From the human T2T-CHM13v2.0 reference genome, Homo sapiens: DNA of 64,000 nucleotides. This document shows positions 58,834-64,000 of the stretch, piece by piece (the stretch's first letter is position 1; the number at the start of each line of letters is the position of its first letter). The position numbers and the translations under genes are program-made. The stretch lies in assembly GCF_009914755.1 (NCBI RefSeq), contig NC_060935.1. One strand, 5' to 3'. A model generated the notes under the pieces. That model made no database searches. It was given only the letters and a program-made list of their open reading frames with translations, and had not been told where the DNA came from.

Positions 58834-59805
58834 GTAAAATAACCCACCTGGAAATTGTGCATGTCAGCGAATGGCCCAAAAAGGCATTTTGGCTGCAGTG
58901 GCTGGCTATGCTTTGGCTCCTAGGAGCCCCCAATTTGAGTTCCCTGTAAGGACGTCAGTGTTGGAGGTATTTTAAATTGGCTCAGTTTTCACTGTTCATC
59001 ATTTCAGTGACCCTTTATTATGTGGTCTTACAAGTTCCTTTTATACTCACATGGGAAAATGTCACTGCTAAGGACGGTGTATGAACCGCTCCTGTACTGT
59101 ATTTCAAAGCTGACATTTCTTTCCCAAAATGTGCACCTGTGAACACTGCAAAAACTGCAAGTGCAAATGCACTTGCAGGTCATGAAATTTTGAGGTTTTG
59201 TGCATTGTAAAATCCTGGAGCGATTATATATTAGTCATAATTTCAATGAAAAAGTAACGCCAGCAGCCTTGAGTATTGGCCTGAATGTAATGCTAAATGA
59301 TGTGCGTCCAGGGAACTGTTGCTTTTTAAGCGATGGCTTTTTGTCAGTAGCTGCTGTGACTGAAATGAAGTTACAACTTCAATACCTCTGTGCAGAGCAG
59401 TATCAGGAATTCTCTGCCCTTTGGCAGAGCTCTGCCTTTCCTCGTTCTTTCAGATGTAAAACAGCCCAAATCTCTGACATGAGCCAGTTTAGAACTGGAA
59501 CGAATGAGAAATTAGTGTTTAACTAAAAACAAAAAAAAGAAAGGAGGAAAAAAAAAACCCTAAAAACCTCATGGGTGAGTTGTTCACAGAAAAGAATTAT
59601 TTTTTAATGTCGATTTATGCTGAATGATACAGCATGAACCTTAAAAACTGTAATCAGACCAAAAGGCTAACTAAACCGTGGTCTCATTAAGATTGAGCAG
59701 CAGATTTCAGTTCTCTTCCCAGTGAGGAATTGTTTTCATGAGTGTTTATAACGGGGAGAGGCTTTTCCCAGGAATGCTACTTGTGCCACAGCCTGGGAGC
59801 CTGGC

Positions 59806-59818
59806 TGCTGAGTCAGCA
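59806..59818. promoter_or_regulatory. Perfect T-MARE (TGCTGAGTCAGCA) containing AP-1 and ARE cores
   Basis: Exact match to the Maf recognition element TGCTGA(C/G)TCAGCA; function is inferred. Confidence 0.55.
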
Positions 59819-61140
59819 CAAAGAGAAGTGGCCTCCTGCCAGCACGCAGAGGCAGCGCATTGTCTGTTTGGGGGATGCTAGTGGCCCTCGTCAAGTCAGA
59901 GAATCACAGAAGAACAAAATTCGGGTGAAAACAAGTAACAGCAGGAGCCAGATGGAGGGCTGAAGAGGATGGGGGAGTTTCTGCTTCTCTGTACTTAAGA
60001 AAAGTACCAAAGCAAATTGGAAAAAAAAATAATTGAATAATTGAAGCTCAAAGACAAAGTTAAAGATAAAAGGACCGTTTATTATAAATCCTGTTTTAGA
60101 GCCGCTGGAGAGTTGGAAATGGGGTAATCACCACACAGTCTGAGTCGCTGAACTTTTAAATGGAAAGTTCTACATTTCGGAAACCAGTGGATCTAATCAT
60201 CTACATTCTGACAGTGCGGGACCTGGGCTGTCTGCTGGTCTGTGAGCTCTGGTCATTTGCCCGGTGACCCCTTCACTGAGGGACTCTTCTAAATTTAACC
60301 AAGTCCCACTGAAAGAGATGCAGATTTCAGTGGAATCATTGTGTTTCAGAAGCTGGGCTCGGCTACATTTCCACGCCCCGGCATCCTGGGGATGTTTTTA
60401 GGCAGCAGTTGGTGATACCTCTCCAATGTGAATTTGTTGTTCAGCAAATCCATGTGGTTTTCAACCCAGATTTTTAACAGGATGGCTGGCTGGCTGTATT
60501 CACACATTTCGCTTTGTAATAATATGCAAATCCACTTGGCGCCCAGTCAATACCCAAAAGAGTGGAAGGATTAAAGATTTTTATAAGGGCAAAAAAAAAA
60601 AAAAATAGCTCTGCTAACTGGGTCTTTCCATTTCTCTTTGAGATCTAATTTACATGTCAGTATTATTTTAACGTTTGCTACAGAATCCAGAGCTCTTAAT
60701 GAGATCAGAATACAACCAACAGCTTCAGCTTTTTGATTCTGCAGAATGTGCTAATTTATGGATAGTCTCTTCTAAATTGAGAAAAAGGGATTTTCCCTCC
60801 TGATACTGAGAAGCTATAAATATTTTCATTTACCTTTACTCCCACCTTTTTAATTTTAGAATGAAAACAGCCCCTCTCATCCCTCCCAAAATTAGTTTTT
60901 CCCAGTGCCCATGATTTCTCTTGGGTGGGAAGACTAAGATGAGTCTTAACTTTCATCCTGAATCAAGTCACTGCAGTGATGACCCAGTATGAAAAGCTTA
61001 GAGCAGCGCTGGGGGCTTGTGTCTGGCTGGGACTGTGTATTCCTAACTGCAGAGCTTTGTTGAGATGCAAATAACCACCCCCCAACCCCACCCCAAAACC
61101 CTCCCAAAGAGTAGCGATTTTATATTTGATTTCCTTTTTT

Positions 61141-61184
61141 GTTTTGTTTTGTTTTGTTTTGTTTTGTTTTGTTTTGTTTTGTTT
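61141..61184. repeat. (GTTTT)8 microsatellite upstream of exon 5a
   Basis: Seen directly. Confidence 0.95.
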
Positions 61185-61209
61185 CCCCTCATAAACCCGA
61201 ACAATGTAG

Positions 61210-61272
61210 GTGTCTAGTCATATACAGGTCTTAGCAAGAAAGAAAGTTCGAGAAATTCAAGCCGCCATTAAG
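61210..61272 (+). CDS. TEAD1: Alternative duplicated TEA helix-3 exon ('5a', 63 nt): VSSHIQVLARKKVREIQAAIK
   Basis: tgtag|GTG acceptor, AAG|gtacgt donor; same length and phase as the canonical exon; first 10 codons differ from it only at synonymous positions. Confidence 0.85.
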
Positions 61273-61361
61273 GTACGTCTGGCTTGCCCACTTGTAGGGG
61301 GCTTTTCATCTCCATGGTTACAGGCTTTTCCTTTGTTTTCCTCCCTTCCCCTACCCTGCAG

Positions 61362-61424
61362 GTGTCTAGTCACATTCAGGTTCTTGCCAGAAGGAAATCT
61401 CGTGATTTTCATTCCAAGCTAAAG
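61362..61424 (+). CDS. TEAD1: Canonical TEAD1 helix-3 exon ('5b', 63 nt): VSSHIQVLARRKSRDFHSKLK
   Basis: Strong pyrimidine tract plus ctgcag acceptor, AAG|gtatgc donor; RRKSRDFHSKLK distinguishes TEAD1 from TEAD2-4. Confidence 0.97.
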
Positions 61425-61605
61425 GTATGCGCTTTTCTGCTTTTTGGCTTGTGGTTGCTATGCATCTCACTTCCTGTTTTCCATGGTGACTGGTGAATGC
61501 CTGGTGCTGGGATTCTCGTAACCTAGTTTCCTTGCATGTGAGAGCTGTTTACATTTCTTTGTGTTTAATCTCTCTGTTTCTGTACTAGCCTCACATTAAA
61601 CTCAA

Positions 61606-61660
61606 TGTGTGTGAGCGCGTGTGTGTGTTTGCGTGTGTGTGTGCGTGTGTATGTGTGTGT
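61606..61660. repeat. Imperfect (TG)n/(CG) repeat downstream of exon 5b
   Basis: Seen directly. Confidence 0.9.
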
Positions 61661-63584
61661 TCCTAATAACAATGCAAATGCAGCAGAGAGCTGGTCTTGA
61701 TAACTTTTCAGCACAGAAACATGATTTTTTTTTTTTAACCTTCAGATGTCCACCAAGCAGCCATGGGCTAGGAAAGCTTAAAAAAAGAAAAGTCCAGAGA
61801 TGCAAAATTGAGTAGAAATTATTTAGAAAGAATCATTTCCAAAGTGCTCATGAAATTACCTTTTTAAAAAATTTAGAAATTATTTTAACTCATGCTTTTG
61901 ATGTATTTTTAAGAAGACTTATAAAAAATACGTCTTTTTCATGCATGTCTCTTCCCTCAGAGTATTTTCAGCCAGATTTCTTCCACATTGCTTACTACTG
62001 TTTTTTAAGTGAATGGCGCTCTTATTAAAAGAGAAATCTGAGCAGTGGCCTTTAAAAAAAAAAGATAGATCTTAGAGATGGGAAAACTCTTGATCAAACC
62101 CATTTGCAGTTTCATTTGTACTTGAGTTTGCTTAAATTTTTTTTTACTTGTACCTCATTTTTCAGTCTCAAAATATATTTTATAGGAAAAATGGGGGCAT
62201 TGATAATTTTTCATATACAACTTCTTTCTGCTTTTTCCCTTTATAAAATTTATAATAAAACATACCTGACTTTTATTTTTCTGTAATGCCCTATTTTAGA
62301 AATGCAAAGAGATTATAGTTTGCAAGGAGGAGCTTTCGTTTATAATAAAAATTGATTTTGGCACATATTGATGGCTTTCCCATGTGCCTTTTTCAGTTCT
62401 GTTCTGATATTTTTCTATACAGTAATTAAATTTGTGGTTTTGTTCTGAACTAAAAAACAGTGTAGTCTCACAACACTTGAGTGGTGAGCACTGGGACTCT
62501 TCCCAAAGTCCTTCGACTTTTTTTTTATGCAAACAAGGCTGGCTGTGGAATAGGACAAGTGATTAGGAAGGAGCATTTGGTGTGCCCTCTGCAGTGGGCA
62601 GCATGCTGGCTCGCTCGCACGTGTGGCTGATGGTGGCTGGCTTTTAGCTGCACTGGCTGAGCAGTTGGAAGACTAAGATAACTTTGTAGATCCTGCTTTT
62701 TAACCAAAGGTGCAATACTCTCTATATGGATGTAACTACCCCAGTTTTTGCTCAAGTTCTGACTCTGTTTCTAGTTTCTCTGAGCTAATGAATTAATGAT
62801 GTACAAAGAAGTTTACAGATAACAATGTTGTTTCCATCTGTGATGATATGAATTGCTCTATTTCTGCACTGTCTGTGTGGTTCCTGTGGACTCACCAGGG
62901 CACACAGCCTTAGACTGAAAGCCCTATAAGTGAGGAATAAAGCTCTTCTGTTCAGAAGGGATTCCCATGTGATATAGGAAGCACTCTTTTTCTCACTTGG
63001 TGAATTTTAGAGTTTTCTTCCATAGAAACAATTTTTCTGTTGCTTTATACATGTACATATGTAAAAATACACAGCGGTATTTATGTTTGTTTCTAAAAAA
63101 AAATTAACAATAATAAAAAAGAAACATTCCCCTGACTTTCATCCCTGGGCCACTCTCTTTTGGGGCAGGCACAAGGAAGAGACAGAAACAGAAGCAGTAG
63201 GATAGCAACTGGCCCAGCATTTAAGCTCCAAGAACCACCTCCGTCTTCTTGTAGTTTCTTCCGTTCTTTCCTACCATATTGTTCTTGGAAAAATGGAGTC
63301 CTTTGTTTTTCCATCTGCTAATACCAACTGAGTGTTCCAGGCATGGTGCTTGCTCACTGTGATGGGCAGTTAACAGCCAATATCCTGTTCAGGGAGCTGG
63401 CCATGTAAATGGGAATGTAAACTAGAGGAGCACTTTGGGTAATAGCGGGAGCAGCCAAAATGAAATGTGGGGTGCATCCCGGGGATGAGCTTCGTGGAGA
63501 GTATACTGTTAAGTTTGGCAATTGAAAGAGGAAAGGCAGCCTAATGCGTGCTCCCTCATTTAAGCTCACTATGAAGTGACTTAC

Positions 63585-63700
63585 AGTATTCTGCTTTTGG
63601 GGCATGATACTGAGGAAACTGGGGCTGAGAGAGTATAATTGACTAGTCACAAAGCCTTCCTAGTAAGTGGTGAAGCCAGGATTTGAACTCAGATCTTTTT
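63585..63700 (-). mobile_element. MIR
   Basis: tgaggaaactggggctgagagag...ctagtaagtggtgaagccaggatttgaactcag. Confidence 0.85.
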
Positions 63701-64000
63701 GCACCCTAAACGAATCATTGTTTTAGATAAAATTTTATCTAGTGAAGGTGGGAGAATGTTTTCAAGCAGAGGGCTTCACACCAGCACACTGTACCTAAAC
63801 TGTCACCCCTCACAGTCTTTGGGGCTGGGCATTCAGCCTTTGCTACCAGCCCTTCACTTGGCATCCACATTTTAACTTTGAGCCCTTGGTCAAAACGTGG
63901 ACTTAATTTGGGTTGGTGCTGTGAGGGTCATCAGTAACTGGGGGAATGACATGGTCCTGGAGACAGAGCTGCTTGGCACCACTCTGAGGGCATTAGGACA

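Noticed and set aside
60512-60531. CTTTGT...ATGCAAAT as a SOX-OCT composite element
   Set aside because: Spacing does not match the canonical composite, and octamers occur several times in this AT-rich window.
61284-61496. Stand-alone 70-aa ORFs overlapping the helix-3 exons
   Set aside because: Read-through of intron sequence around real spliced exons; the starts are not genuine initiation codons.
61425-64000. TEAD1 12-nt VTSM microexon and the following DQTAKDKALQ exon
   Set aside because: No matching sequence found; they presumably lie downstream of the window.

Overview
Primate (almost certainly human) genomic DNA, Alu-rich and nearly all intronic. It lies inside the TEAD1 (TEF-1) gene on the + strand. 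About 58.7 kb is one long intron filled with Alu, MIR, L1, L2, CR1/L3, MLT-type LTR and Tigger3 relics. Three short coding exons for the C-terminal half of the TEA DNA-binding domain follow: 58769-58833 (GRNELIARYIKLRTGKTRTRKQ) and two tandem 63-nt paralogous exons for the DNA-recognition helix. These are 61210-61272 (VSSHIQVLARKKVREIQAAIK) and the canonical 61362-61424 (VSSHIQVLARRKSRDFHSKLK). The best candidate for an under-described system is this duplicated exon pair. It looks like a mutually exclusive splicing switch that changes the end of helix 3 and removes the RRKS102 kinase site. It is surrounded by splicing-regulatory architecture: an 89-nt spacer intron, an AG-free zone with a (GTTTT)n tract, and YGCY, UGCAUG and UG-repeat motifs. 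I cannot verify from sequence alone whether the 5' copy is already annotated. Nearly all other ORFs in the track are Alu or low-complexity artefacts. Repeat subfamily calls are by eye, and MIR/L2/L3 boundaries are approximate. Exon numbering is from memory of the TEAD1 gene model.
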